Source: Takakia lepidozioides (Eukaryota > Plantae > Bryophyta). Taken from it: a DNA stretch of 64,000 nucleotides. The notes beneath the pieces are model-generated. The model was not told where the DNA came from and did not search any database. It saw only the letters and a program-made list of their open reading frames with translations. The position numbers and the translations under genes were made by a program. Of the stretch, positions 50,560 through 62,630 are shown in pieces; position 1 is the first letter of the stretch; the number at the start of each line of letters is the position of its first letter. The stretch covers positions 2,232,001-2,296,000 of the forward strand of contig CM060731.1 of assembly GCA_030704615.1 (NCBI GenBank), given 5' to 3'.

Positions 50560-52005
50560 ATTCTGAATGAGAATTAATTCCTGTGTTGTCCAGAGATGTA
50601 TCGATCTTGATATTTAAGAGTTTATTCTGTAATGATGCAGAATTAGTACGAATAGAGAGTGTGAGTAAAGCCTGGAAAAAGGAATTATTAGACTATATAA
50701 ACATCGTCAATTGGGGCATAAGTGGATCAATATGTGGTGTTGTCCTTTAGATGGATATCCAGAATATATGAAGGAACAGATTAAAGACCTTACTTTGATT
50801 GCAGCCTACAGTGTCCATTTTTTGTTGTCACAGCACTGTTTTTTCCAGACATAGAATAGTGGTAAATTACCATACTCCTACATGACAATGCCATCAATAA
50901 AAAGGGACTAATATATAGAGGCTCATCTACATATACTTTCACACTTTTAAATCTCATTATCAAAAACCAGAATCTCTAGATGCTATGGACTTTTAAAAAG
51001 TCCATAATGTCACAGTCCATAAAAGACGTTATGGACTTTTTTAATATAGGAGTTAGAACAAAGTCAAGAAAAAGGACTCTCTCAACCTTGCTTTGGAGAA
51101 TGAGGAATCTGGAATGAAAACTATCATTCAAAAATATGAAGTTAAAAAAAAATTATATTGAGCCTAAAAAATAGCTATTTTATAAAAGTCCTTTATGACT
51201 AAATTCTTTTGAAATAACAAAACTTTTTTCATTAGACGCATTCATTCACCATAAATGCAGAGTTGATTATGATCAAATTTCAAAAAAAAAATTGTGAATT
51301 GATATTATCGTAATTTGAAAATCTTGGTTTTAACAGTCAATAATAGACGGTCAAGATTGTCAGTTGAAGCAAATCCGATGGTTGTGGATTTGCCACATCC
51401 TCCTTTATGTACTCTTTATGTACTCATGATCTGCCGTTTTTGGTCCACTCTAGTTTGCAATCACCCCTTAAGATAGAAAGTCTTCAATTGAATTAATTGG
51501 GAGAGAATAACAATGAAGTAAAACCATTTGCATGGCAGAGACAAATGATGAAAGGATAAAAGTATTATCGCAGTTGATTACTGATTTACCAGACCATCTA
51601 TCGATAAGAATCTTTCAGAAGTTTTGTTGTAATGATAAAGAGGTACTCTTGTTACAGCTAGTGAATAGAGGATGGTACCGAGAGTTATCGACTCTATAGT
51701 TGGTTGCAGATATGGTATCGACATTTTGAAGGCTATCCTGAACTAATGGGAGAATGGAATAAGACCTTTGGTGAGGGAAAATCCCTGGAGGAAGTGAATA
51801 AGCAAGATTAGTGGTGAAGAACAATCGATAGTGATGTGTGGAGAAGAGAGAATGGAAGATCCTCTAGAGTTAATTACTGGATTACCTGATAGTTTGTCGT
51901 TAGATATCTTTAAAAGGTTGCGTTGTAGTGATATAGAGATAATTAATCTACAGCTTATGAGTAAAGGATGGTGTAAGGAACTACTGACTCTCTATCGGTA
52001 CCTTG
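50560..52005 (+). pseudogene. Three short F-box-like coding remnants in an AT-rich, CACTA-like region
   Basis: ELIPVLSRDVSILIFKSLFCNDAELVRIESVSKAWKK (~50570). QLITDLPDHLSIRIFQKFCCNDKEVLLLQLVNRGWYREL (~51570). ELITGLPDSLSLDIFKRLRCSDIEIINLQLMSKGWCKEL (~51868). Confidence 0.55.
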
Positions 52006-52126
52006 TTGTTACGAATGACCTCCCCCATCATCTTGTCTGCTTTCAACAATCGCAACAATTATAAAATTATTAAAAAAAAAAAAAAAAACTGTATTAAAGC
52101 ATCATTATCTCAAACCGCATTGTCTT

Positions 52127-52144
52127 TCCCCGGTAGCGGCGCCA
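52127..52144 (-). other. tRNA-Asp-type PBS of a fragmentary LTR element
   Basis: Minus strand TGGCGCCGCTACCGGGGA, 2 mismatches to the Athila-type TGGCGCCGTTGCCGGGGA, preceded by ..ctaca cttt. Confidence 0.6.
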
Positions 52145-52553
52145 AAAAGTGTAGAATAAAAACTATAATCGACCCTAAAAGAAAGACCAATCAGTTTCAA
52201 GATTCGTTCGTAGGGAAAGCCCTATACGATTGCAAAATAATGATGCTCGACTAATCTATTTCTCTCTAATCCTTCAATAGATCAATTTCTACCACCAGAC
52301 ATCCTCGATCTAACGCGATTAATATCCTTCCAGTCTTGATAATATTCCCATCCTCCTCTATTAACTCAACACCATCGGCTAATATTAAATACCATTGTTC
52401 ATCTAATTCCCTCCATCACCTGGGTTAAAGTTATGTCCTTTTTGCCATCCACGGAATCAGCACAAAAAGGCAGAAGTTCCGGAATGTTTTTGGAGTCAGA
52501 GGAAGAAGGTTAAAACAATTGAACCCTCGGGATCTGAATCGAAGGAGTCGGAG

Positions 52554-54939
52554 ATGCTAGCACTGGCGATACCCAAGGAGGAGCACTTACAGCTATCACC
52601 TAAACAGGGGGAGCAGGCGACGACATTAGAATTGTCTATTGCAAGAAATTGCGGAGATCGTCTTGTGTTCTCGATAAAGAAGAAAGGGGTATGGGGAATG
52701 AGGGAGTTGCTTGTGAGAAGGGAGCATCAGGCTAAGGCAAGGGCTGATCGATTGGCAGTGCGGTTAGCAAGACGTGCATTATTATCCACACAGCTAGCTG
52801 CATCGACACCGCCTAATTTACTTCCTATTGCGCTTCCTATCGTATCTATTGTACCGTCTATTGTACCAACACCAATGGTTGCCGTACCGATTGGAGTTAA
52901 CTTACAGTCAATCCCAGTGGTGGTGAATTTGGGAGGACCCGATGATAGAACCGTTAATGTATCCCCCATGCCACAGTTTACGGGACTTCAAGGGTCAGAC
53001 CCCGACCGCCGTTTGGCTCAATTTATGACAACCTGTATTGCTAATAATGCCAGGACGGAATTCTATTGGCTGACGATGTTTCCCGCCACTTTGAGTGAGT
53101 TAGCATTTCAATGGTATGATCGGCAGCAGCATGGAGCATTTCCCGATTGGAATTCTTTAAAGACGGCTTTCCTAACACAGTTTTGACCCTTGGGTTTCAC
53201 TGATCACCTACGTGAGCAACTGACAAAACTCCATATGGTGACAGGCGAGTCGGTAGATTCTTTTACAGGTCGCCAAGAGGATATTCTTCGGCGATGGAAC
53301 AATCATAACATTCCCAACCATATGCAGATGGGTCTATTTGTGGAAGGGCTGTTCCCACCAGAGCTGAAACATTTTGTTAAGGAAGGCATTCCTGCATATT
53401 TACAGGCGGCTATTAATCAGGCGAAGCTATGGGAAACCATTAATGTCACCACTTATTCAGTTGGGCCCACGACAATGTTTGACACTAATTCTTGGGCCCC
53501 ACAAGTATCGGCAGTCCCATTGACTATGTCCCCTTCCCCAGTTCAGCCTACTATGGGAATGCCCCTGTATCCTTACAGAACCAATTACGAGCTGGTGTGA
53601 CAATTGACCCCCAGGAAGGGCAGATTGCGTTAACTAAACGGATGGAGGAATTCTCCGTGCAATTGGCTTCTAAGAGAGAAGGGAGACCAAAGCTAAATAA
53701 TCAGCGGGCCAATATGTGGTGTTCTACCTGTCAGGTTTATGGTCATTAGCCCATGAATGCCCATTGACACCAGTATCGTAAATCAGGTCATGTTATTTTG
53801 CAGTGTTGGCATCTCCAAACGGCTATGGGGTTAACCCCGGCCAAGACCAATCAGAAGACAGGATGGGACGTCAATCAGGTTGGGTCTTTAATACCGCCTG
53901 CGATGCAGGCAATGCCTGCACAATGGTCAGAGTCATCTCCCCAAAGTCAGCAGCCTTGGAGACCTGCCCGAGGGCCACAAAGCTAGTATCAGCCAGCTAA
54001 TCAGCCAAATCGCCAGCAATGGAGAGGAATACCACCCCAGGGCGCTTATGGGCAATCCTTTGGAGGTCGTCAACAGCAAGGGTATTTTCAACAACCTAAT
54101 TCTTCCTATCGGCCTAATACATGGCGATTGAGAAATGGGCAATACCCTGTCTGCTTTCATTGTCATGAACTGGGATATATTGCCAGCGAGTGCCCTAATC
54201 CAATCCCCCCGTCGATTATATACCGCTGTGTGGACGTTGTGGTGGTCAAGGCCATATTGCTGAACAATGCGATTGTCCATACCCACAAAATCCTATCCAT
54301 CAGCAATCTTCATCAACTCCCATGCCTCCAGTTTTGGGTACAGCTCCATCAGCTGCAGGGCCATCACATTCTTTTGGAAATACCAATACCAATCGAGTTG
54401 TGAATCGAGTAACAGTACAGGATTGTGTGGAGGATAGAACTGGCGATGTGAATATGTTGTTGGCTGATAAAAGAACCACTCTGAAAGGCAAAAGCAAGAT
54501 GGAAGTAGCTGATACCCCCTTGCAATCATACTATTCCCTTGCTGAGCCCGATGTTCCCATGGTCAAAGCAGTGACTACTAGAGGTCGTAAGCTACTGCCG
54601 ATGGACCCTACTGTAGAGGAATCTGCCCTAAAAAATCCCGATAGTGTGAACCCTAGACAAGCCGATGAGGTGCAACACTTGGTATATGCAATACCTCCGA
54701 TGATATCGCCTAGTTTGATAGTACATCCACCTTCCACTATCCTTGATCCTATTGACCCTGACCTTGTAATATCGGTTGCTATACCCCAATCTAGAATGGA
54801 GCCAGTCCAGCGGAGAAATCGAGGGAAGTATACTGGTCCGAAAATGGGTAATGGCAGGTTAGGACATGTCAAGAGATCGCGTCGGAAGCGGGTTATGGCA
54901 ATGACTAAAGGCTTGGTTCTGTTAACCGCTGGTTTATGA
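52554..54939 (+). pseudogene. Ty3/gypsy gag remnant with several CCHC knuckles
   Basis: MPQFTG..DPD, FPATLSELAFQWY..DWNSLKTAFL, WCSTCQVYGH, CFHCHELGYIASECP; in-frame stops. Confidence 0.85.
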
Positions 54940-55049
54940 CTTAGACAAAACATGCTATCAACACTATTGCCCATTTCCTAATACATGCAACAGAGGTTGT
55001 CCGACGAAAGCACCCCCTTGCTAGAGGCAGAATGCAGCTTCGGTGCCAG

Positions 55050-55275
55050 GCAGAGGAGTGTGTTATGTGGTTTTCGTGGAAGTATGGTCTTTATCGGGGT
55101 TGCATTCTTGTATGCAGATATGGAGGTTAGGGGCCTGTATTGGGGTGTGGATGTATCTCTTGTCTATGGGTTGGGTGGGAGACGCATGTTGTGGATGTAT
55201 ATGGGTGAGAAAGTTGGTATTGGTGAGTTTGTGAAAGGTGGTGAGGAGAGCAATGTTATGTAGGGGTGTAAGTAA
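55050..55275 (-). mobile_element. Internal fragment of a third copy of the Dualen-like LINE
   Basis: Translates HNIALLTTFHKLTNTNFLTHI..IDKRYIHTP..ECNPDKD, homologous to HNLDLLTAFHKSTNTNYL..ECNPDKD at ~60170-60345. Confidence 0.8.
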
Positions 55276-55989
55276 AAAGATGGGACCTACCCAGACATCA
55301 ACTTGATCAACCGTTCATCCCTTTGGAGTTCATATGTGGTCTCGTTCCTGCACTTCAATATCATGGCATTCCATTTGTTGAAGAACGTTCAATGAGTGCC
55401 ACTTAGTTAGTCTTGACCTGAAGAGATCAAGTTATCATCTACTGATGTTTTGGTCAGGACTAATATATTTCTCAATACATGACAGGCAAGGGAGTTATCT
55501 CTGGAAAGCTTCAGCTCTACTAATTGTATGAGGTAAGTAAACTACTTGTAATCTTACTTGCTTCTTGGATCATACTTTCCTCCACTAGGCATTGGTATAA
55601 TATATAATCTACTGGTCTTAATATCAGTAACGCGTTAGTCCATCAATCAGGGATCAAATCGGATTACTCTATGTGATCTCTATGCCTCTATAGTAAATCA
55701 GTTGATATAATACTAGTCTAGCTAATTGTTAAATCCATTTATCTATGTTGGAAACCACTTGCATATGATCTGATGGTGTTACATATTCTAAGTACAAACA
55801 GCCCGCATCCTTAGTGTTAGAGAAGAAATAGATCCTAATTCTATGATCATTCTAGTACATGGTGAAGGAAATAAGTAACAAAACTTTCTCCCGTGATCAT
55901 GAGACTCAAATGCATAAATCAAAATTAGCACTATATATTTCAGCCAGAGAGGCCTGATACACCAGCCTACTCGCTGGTTATGAAAACAA

Positions 55990-57650
55990 CAAGGCACACT
56001 ACATGCTTATACTTTCCTCCGTTCTCAATCCACTCCAAGTATCATATGTAAAACTGGTGCTATCTTCTTCCTAGAGCTCTCATTTATACGTGCTCACTCT
56101 CCTTCTTCACCACACAATTTCACTGACTGCCCACATGGGCTCATAATATACTACAAACAGAGAATTTAAATCAGATTCTTCATCGTGGAATGTCACGACA
56201 AGGCCGGGTATTATCCCCCTTTGCCTTATCCCCACCTAAACATTCGCCATTTTTAGGATTCAAATAGTCAACATGCCAATTAAATTCCTTTGTCAAATTT
56301 TCATCCATGATTTCATTTTTCATCCCTTACTTCCATCCGTTGACAAACAGATGAATGTATTTCAAGATTTTGTTTTCATCCTTTTCTCCATCCGTTGCAG
56401 TGATGTATGAATTTTCACTTGTTTCTCCATCTGTTCTCTAATTTCATCCATCACTGACAATTGGAATGAAAAACACTGATCATCCTGCATCCATCCCTTT
56501 ACCCTAAATTCTTGTTGCATCATCTTTATACATAGCCAATTTCGCTTTCCAGGTCCATGCCATCGTTCATTGCTTGTTGCTTTGCTCCCGCCATTGTTTT
56601 CTATCACCTGCTTTCGCCCTACAGCTGTAAGTACTCCCAAATTGGATTGGCAAGTCCTCGGCCAAACGCGTCAGCTACTTGGCATTAATTGATTTGAGGT
56701 CTCTTCGTGATCTGTTCCAACTTTTTCCTGCTCCATCCACCAGCTTGCAGATTCGGTCTCCTTCTCCCATATTCGCTTCATCGTGATGCTTGTCGACATA
56801 CCCCACAAAGTGTAAGGGCCTTCCCATGAGGATTCCAGGTTTCGCTTCTTACCAGGTTTGATCATCATCACAAGTGTCCCCTCAGCCAGCTCAGGTAATG
56901 ACTTCCCTCTTGATTTATGTTGAGCATAAGCCTTCCTTTGTGCCCTTTGCGCAACTTGTACGTTGGCTCTCAATTTTGCCTCTAGCTCGCGAATGATTCG
57001 CACCTTCTCTGCGATCATGTTCTGCATAGCTCCAATGTCATCACTTAGTTCAACTAGCTCAGTAATGCAAGGTAATTCGTTGTCTATAATCGCATTTCCC
57101 CCTGCCAGTAAGTACTTTGAAAGGTGACAAGTTCGTGGAGGCTTGAATCCCTATTCTATATCCGAATGTTGCCTTGTATATGTCCCTGTCCCATTCTTTG
57201 CTTCCTTCCTTTCCCATGGTGACCATGCATTCCTTCATTGATCGTATTAACCGCTCCACCATCCCGTTGCACTGGGGCCAATAAGGTGCAGAATGCTCAT
57301 GTTTAATCCCAAAGCGTTGACAGACCAGAGCAAAATCCTTCGTCCATTCTGCTCCATGATCTATAAGTACGGTGTTTGGCACTCCATAGCGGTAAATGAC
57401 TTCCTCCTCCAAGAACCTTGCGGTGAGCAATGAAGTGTATTTGTTGACAGGGCAAACTTCTACCCACTTAGAGAAGTGGTCCACAGCGATTAGGGCGTAT
57501 TTATTTCCAGCTGTGGACAGAGGTAATGGACCGGCAGTATCCAAAGCTACTCTGTAGAAGATGTCTCTTACAGGAATACTTCTCATCTGCTTCACTCCAG
57601 ATCGTAGAGGTCTAGCTGTCTTTGCCAACTGACACTTGAGGCATGATTGA
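55990..57650 (-). mobile_element. 3' part of a Ty3/gypsy element: integrase (56671-57650), 3' UTR, and LTR starting TGTCGTGACA at 56200 (left boundary uncertain)
   Basis: CLKCQLAK..VALDTAGPLP..VDHFSKWVE..PQCNGMVERL..WEGPY; purine-rich tract upstream of 56200. Confidence 0.85.
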
Positions 57651-60600
57651 GAGATGACTCCGGCCGAGGCCAGCGTAACTAAGAGCCACTTCGCCTTACG
57701 GCTACTACCCCCTTTCAGGGGTGGGCCCTATAAAAGCTAATGGGTGCCCGGAGGGCACCCCTAACCAAGGGGCAAGCGGAGGAAACCTAGGGGGGCCCCC
57801 TGGGTACCCCATGGTGACAAGAGGCCTATGAGGTGTGGTTTTCAAGCTGCCCTTTGTTAGTGATAATAGCAGTGAGGGAGCGTAGCGCGTTCAGGTGGAT
57901 ATCTTTGAAGCATTTATGTATAGGGGTGATAGGAAGGTGAAAGTTATTGTGTAGGGTAGAGATATTGGCATTGTGAATGCCGCCTCGGGTGCCGGCCGTA
58001 ATGACCATGAGAGGACCTGGACCAGCCACAATGGCGAATGGCTAAAATGAGTGGGGCGTACTTCTGACGTTTTTCCAATGTGGATGGGCCGGGGTAGCAG
58101 TCGTTACAATATGTAAATTCAATAAAGTGTATGGTAAGGTTAGAGGACGGGGAACTTGGCGGTGGGGCGTCTATGGGTAGCCCGTGTACTAGAAGTATGT
58201 CTAGACAGAGTCTGGTTGGGCAAGTGCAGGGGGTAGACGGTCTGCATATACAGGGTAGGAGCTAGTGGGGTACAGTATGGTCGGGGGGCCTCCCCTGGTA
58301 GGTACCGGCATTGATGAGTGAAAACCAGCGTGTCTCAGGGCGGCGGAGGAGTAGTTTGTGAATGTGCAAGACAGCTTGATTATGTCGGGTAATATGGAGG
58401 CCATGGATGACGGGGTTCGTACATTGACTGAGAAGGTGTGGCCACGTGTCGCGGGCCGAGTGAGTGCTAGCACAAAGTGGGCAGTTTGGAGAGGGGTAAA
58501 GGCGGGGCCAAAAGATGTGTTTGCGCTGGTGGCCCATGTATTGGGCGTATCGGAATTTGAGAGTCTGTCTGATTTGGGCATCGGTGGCGAGGCGAGTGTG
58601 CCAGAAGTGATTAGATAGCTCAGATTGTGTCCATTTCTGGACATGTAGTTTAGAATGACTATGGGATGTCAAGGCTTGTTTGTCAACTTCTCGTGTAATG
58701 GTGGTTTTTAGGTTGCGAATGGGGCGGGGCTCCGTGGGGCTAGGGACTGGGTGTATGAACTAGAATGGGTGTGTATGGGCCACATGTATGGGATCCGAGG
58801 TGGAATCCACCTCGGGCCGTGTGGCTCCTTACTGGGCAAAGAAGTCAGCCATGTTGTTGCCTGCGATGCCTGTGTGGGAGCGAACTTTGAGAAAGTAGAT
58901 GGGTTGGTTTATGGAGATAGCGAGATGAACTATAGCAGCAATGAGGTTCCGGTCTGAGTAGTGGTGGTGAGAGGAAGGTCGGAAGAGGTGGTTCCAGATG
59001 AAGAAGAGTGAGGTCAGACTATCGGTGAAGATATAGTGAGGCGGGGAGAATGAGGAGAGCTGGGTGAGGGCATCATGTATTGCCATGAGCTCGGCACGGA
59101 GGATGGTGGCCGGGCCAGGAAGGCATAGGGAGATGCCTTGGTTGGTAGCGGCGTGGTAGATACCATAGCCCGCCCGGGGGACGGCTATTAGGGATCCGTC
59201 GGTGTAGTGGGAGTTGGCAGGTGGGTATCTGAGGGGAAGGTCCATCTGGGCTGTCGGGGGTTTGGTGCGGACAGTAATGGGGAGGGGGCGGGTGGGCGGG
59301 CGATCATACGAGACCATGTTTTGGAGTGGGCATTTTAGGGTAGAGGCGAGAGGCAGAGAGTAGGGAATGTGGTGGCCTTCATGCCATGTGTATCCATTAG
59401 GAGGCATTTGAGACGGGTTAGGAAGTCAGCGGGTATAAGGGAGCCTGTGTTGGAGTGGTGGACAAGGAGTATGAGGGTTAGGGTGGGTTCGCGGTGTTGG
59501 AGGTATTTTGGGAGGTGGGGTGCGATGGTATTGGAGCTGGTCTGGGTCAATTGCGGCTAAGGGCATGACCTCGGGAGGGAGCTGGAGAAGGGGGTGCAGG
59601 TTATTAGGGAGTTGTTGGTGTGTTAGTAGCAGAATGGTGGCCGCAGAGGGGGAGGATTGAGCCGCGTGGCGGGCCCATTTCAATGTGTCATGCGTGGAAG
59701 AGTCTGGGGGCGGGTGTGCATAACCGCGGCCGGCCCAAGTGTGTTGGGAGGCAGAGCCGATGGCTCCAAATATGCAGTCGCGGGGGTGCGAGCTGGAGTA
59801 TGATGAGAGGAGCATGGGGCATGTAAGTGGGCTCGAGTAGTAAGAGTGCGTGAGTTGGAAGGAATCTATAAGGAGTGCAAGAACGTCTGGGGGAGGGGTA
59901 GTATGAGACTGGGCTTGTGTGAGCTTGAGGGGGGAGCAAGGTTTTTTGGGAGGGGTATCAATCAGATAATGGTCTACGAGCCAGCAGACTTCTGTGGCAA
60001 AGTCTTGTCTATCTGGCGTGAGCTGGCTGGATGGTGGACTTGAAGTAGAATATCTGTGCCAGAGCCAAGCGAGTCGGTCGTTTGGGATGAGTCTCATATA
60101 GCGACCCTGGGGGGCATAGAGCTTGGACAAACGTTAACCAAGACGTAAAATGGGGGAGATGTGTAGGATGTCTTTATCCGGGTTACATTCTGCGATGCAG
60201 ACGTGCACCTCAGGAGCGTCTAGGGGGTTGTGGATGAAGCGGGCATCTATTGTTTGGGGTTGGGAGATGTGTTGTAAGTGAGTATGGGCTAGGTAGTTGG
60301 TGTTAGTGGACTTATGGAATGCAGTGAGTAGGTCAAGGTTGTGGGTTGGGTCACAATCATCATGGGACCCGAATAAGTCATCCTCGGCTTGCCAGGTGTT
60401 ATCTTCGGATGAGTATCCGGCCCATTTACATAGGTAAAAAGTGTCTAGACATGTGGCGCCGTATTCATCGATAGTGGTTTGAGTTCTGGTTCCTAGAATA
60501 GCTTCAATGACGAAGGCTTTTGGGTTGTCCGGGTTAATATTGTGTGGGTTCAGGGATGGAAGTGGGGTGAGTGGGGAAATTGGGTCATTGGGGGACTGAG

Positions 60601-61979
60601 TGGGAGTATAGGGGGTGGTAGAGTCAGATGGGGTTAGTATAGTTGGGTCAGATCCGGTCATGTCAGGGGGGGTGGGACTGCTTGGTGATATGGAGTAGGG
60701 GCATGCGTTTAGAGGGCCAGGGGATGTTGTTTTGGCTGCCATCTTACTAAGAATAGAGGGGGCCGGGTTTGATCTATATTGAGGGAGGAGGTCTAGGGTG
60801 TGGTGGGGGAAGAGCTTGCATGGAAAATCGCATTCAAGAGTACAGGAGGGAGTTTTATGACAAAAAAGGTTCCAAAGTAGGGCGAGATGACGGCCCGTTT
60901 TGATAGTAGATCTGGGGTATTTGAGGTTGAACTCTTTAGGCGTGAGTAACCTATACCCAGAGGCTGTAGTGAGTTGGGCGAGCGTTGTAATGTGTTTGGT
61001 TTTAAAGTAGGCTAATGTGGGTGCTTTTTGGCGAGGGTGGAGGGTATCGAATTCGGGGAGAGATGGGCTATTGAGCCAAGCTTGTTCAAGAGGGGAAATA
61101 GTGTTGGGGTAGCCCGGAAGGTCAGTTTGTATGCTGATGTTTAACTGGCGGAGAATGTATAGAGTTCTGGCAGTGGGGGAGTGGCGGCAAGATTGTGGGT
61201 GAAGGGTGGTAGTGAGTAAAGGCCATTATATTTGTCGGCAAGGAAGTGGAGGAGACCCCGGTATATAAGTCCCAGTCGACTAGGATCATTTAGTGCCTCT
61301 TGAAGTTGTGTGCCAAGGGTGCGGGCATAAGAGGAAATGAGGGGGGTGGTACCAATGCCATAGCTATCTGTCGGAAGTTGGGTAAGTGCATTGGGGGTGC
61401 TAGTGGGTAGCCCGTAGATACGCTTAGTTAGTTGGACAAAATGCTTATCAATTTAATCTAATGTCTAGAAGGGAGAAGGGCGCTGCGTGAAAGGAGTATT
61501 GAACCTATGGTTTAAGAACTGTTTGAATAAGGGAAAGTTTGGGGCGAATGGTCACAGGGGATTTGAGGAGTGCTAAGCTTCTGTCGGACAATTTAGAGAT
61601 CGTCTAGTGGCTTTTTGTATGTGCCATGTGAGTGATGGGACAAGTTGTATACCTAGATAGGTATAAGGTTCGTCAGGGCCCAGAAAGGGGAAGTTTTTAT
61701 TTTGGTAGTGGATATGTAGTTTGCAGTGGGAAGCCGTCGTAGACTTAGCGAGTTTGCTATGGTGGGTGGCTGCAGTGACGCATTTGTGGAGGCTAAGTTC
61801 CATTCCTGACCATTGGTTGAATCTGTATAGCTTATTGACTTGTCTATTTAGATGCTGAGGCTCATGGGCTAGAATAGCAAGGTCATCGGCATATGCGGCC
61901 GCGGAGATTTCGTTATCAGAGGTTTTGTAGCGGTAGCCGAGTTTGCCACGATCAATCCATCTTAGAAGGGAATCCAAAT
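57651..61979 (-). mobile_element. 5'-truncated Dualen/RandI-like non-LTR retrotransposon, copy 2: RT-chromo-PCIF1-like-RNase H-CCHC-RLE
   Basis: RT AAAYADDLAIL..YTYLGI. Chromodomain FVIEAILG..YLCKWAGYSSEDNTWQ (~60370-60520). PCIF1-like block (~59450-59905). RNase H YTDGS..RAEL..FTDSL..KVRSHTGIAGNNMAD (58829-59210). CPLC..HLLSQC..RHNQAV. RLE LDILLV..FIEFTYCND..KRQKY..ITAGTRG. Stop at 57826. Confidence 0.9.
57656..57761 (-). other. Conserved structured 3'-UTR RNA element of the LINE (copy 2)
   Basis: Homologous to 8330-8435; GAAA and GUAA tetraloop hairpins. Confidence 0.65.
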
Positions 61980-62630
61980 CTGAGCAGCACAACACATATA
62001 TGTAGAGGAATTCCCGATAAGTCTCCATAAACTTTGTCCGCGTAAACATTCCATACAGTCGCTTGAGATGGCTTGTAACCATGTTGATTGCCCTCTTCGG
62101 ATCAAAGGGCGAGATAGTCTACTTCACAGTCCTGTGGCTAGAGACATCATTGTTGAGCTCGATGACTACCGCAATGTGCACACATGATACTATTTCAATT
62201 TCCGGGTCTTGCTCTAGGACCTTTACTGGGATAGGCCAACTCGGGAACAGCAGTGGGTCATTGTTGTTAATGACAGCCCAACCATCCGGACTGTCAAAGT
62301 TTTCAGAATGATTTGCTGTGTCGGCGAGATGGTGCAGGAGTACTCCCATGCATTTTGCCCTGAAGGAATGATAGAATTACCTAGATGGAGATAAGGTGCT
62401 GCCACGGATGATATTCCCTACTTTTTCATCCTGACACAAGTGAGCTGTCTATGGGTGATGTGATTATGACCTGGAATTGATCTTTACTACCCCTAATTAT
62501 GATTAATTACGGTGGAAACCCTAACCCCTACCCCAAAACCTATTTTTAACCTTGCTACGGATGAAATTCATCAGGGTATATGGATTCGTCCTACCGTTTT
62601 TCATCCATGGATGAAAAATCGGGGGACAAC
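61980..62630. mobile_element. Probable DNA-transposon remnant with GGATGAA/TTCATCC motifs
   Basis: Palindrome ttttcatccatggatgaaaa at ~62598-62617, an aaaccctaacccct tract, and decayed minus-strand coding remnants. Confidence 0.3.

Noticed and set aside
61573-62082. RT ORF with its own N-terminus
   Set aside because: Sequence upstream of LDSLLRW (~61979) is flanking DNA; the LINE is 5'-truncated.
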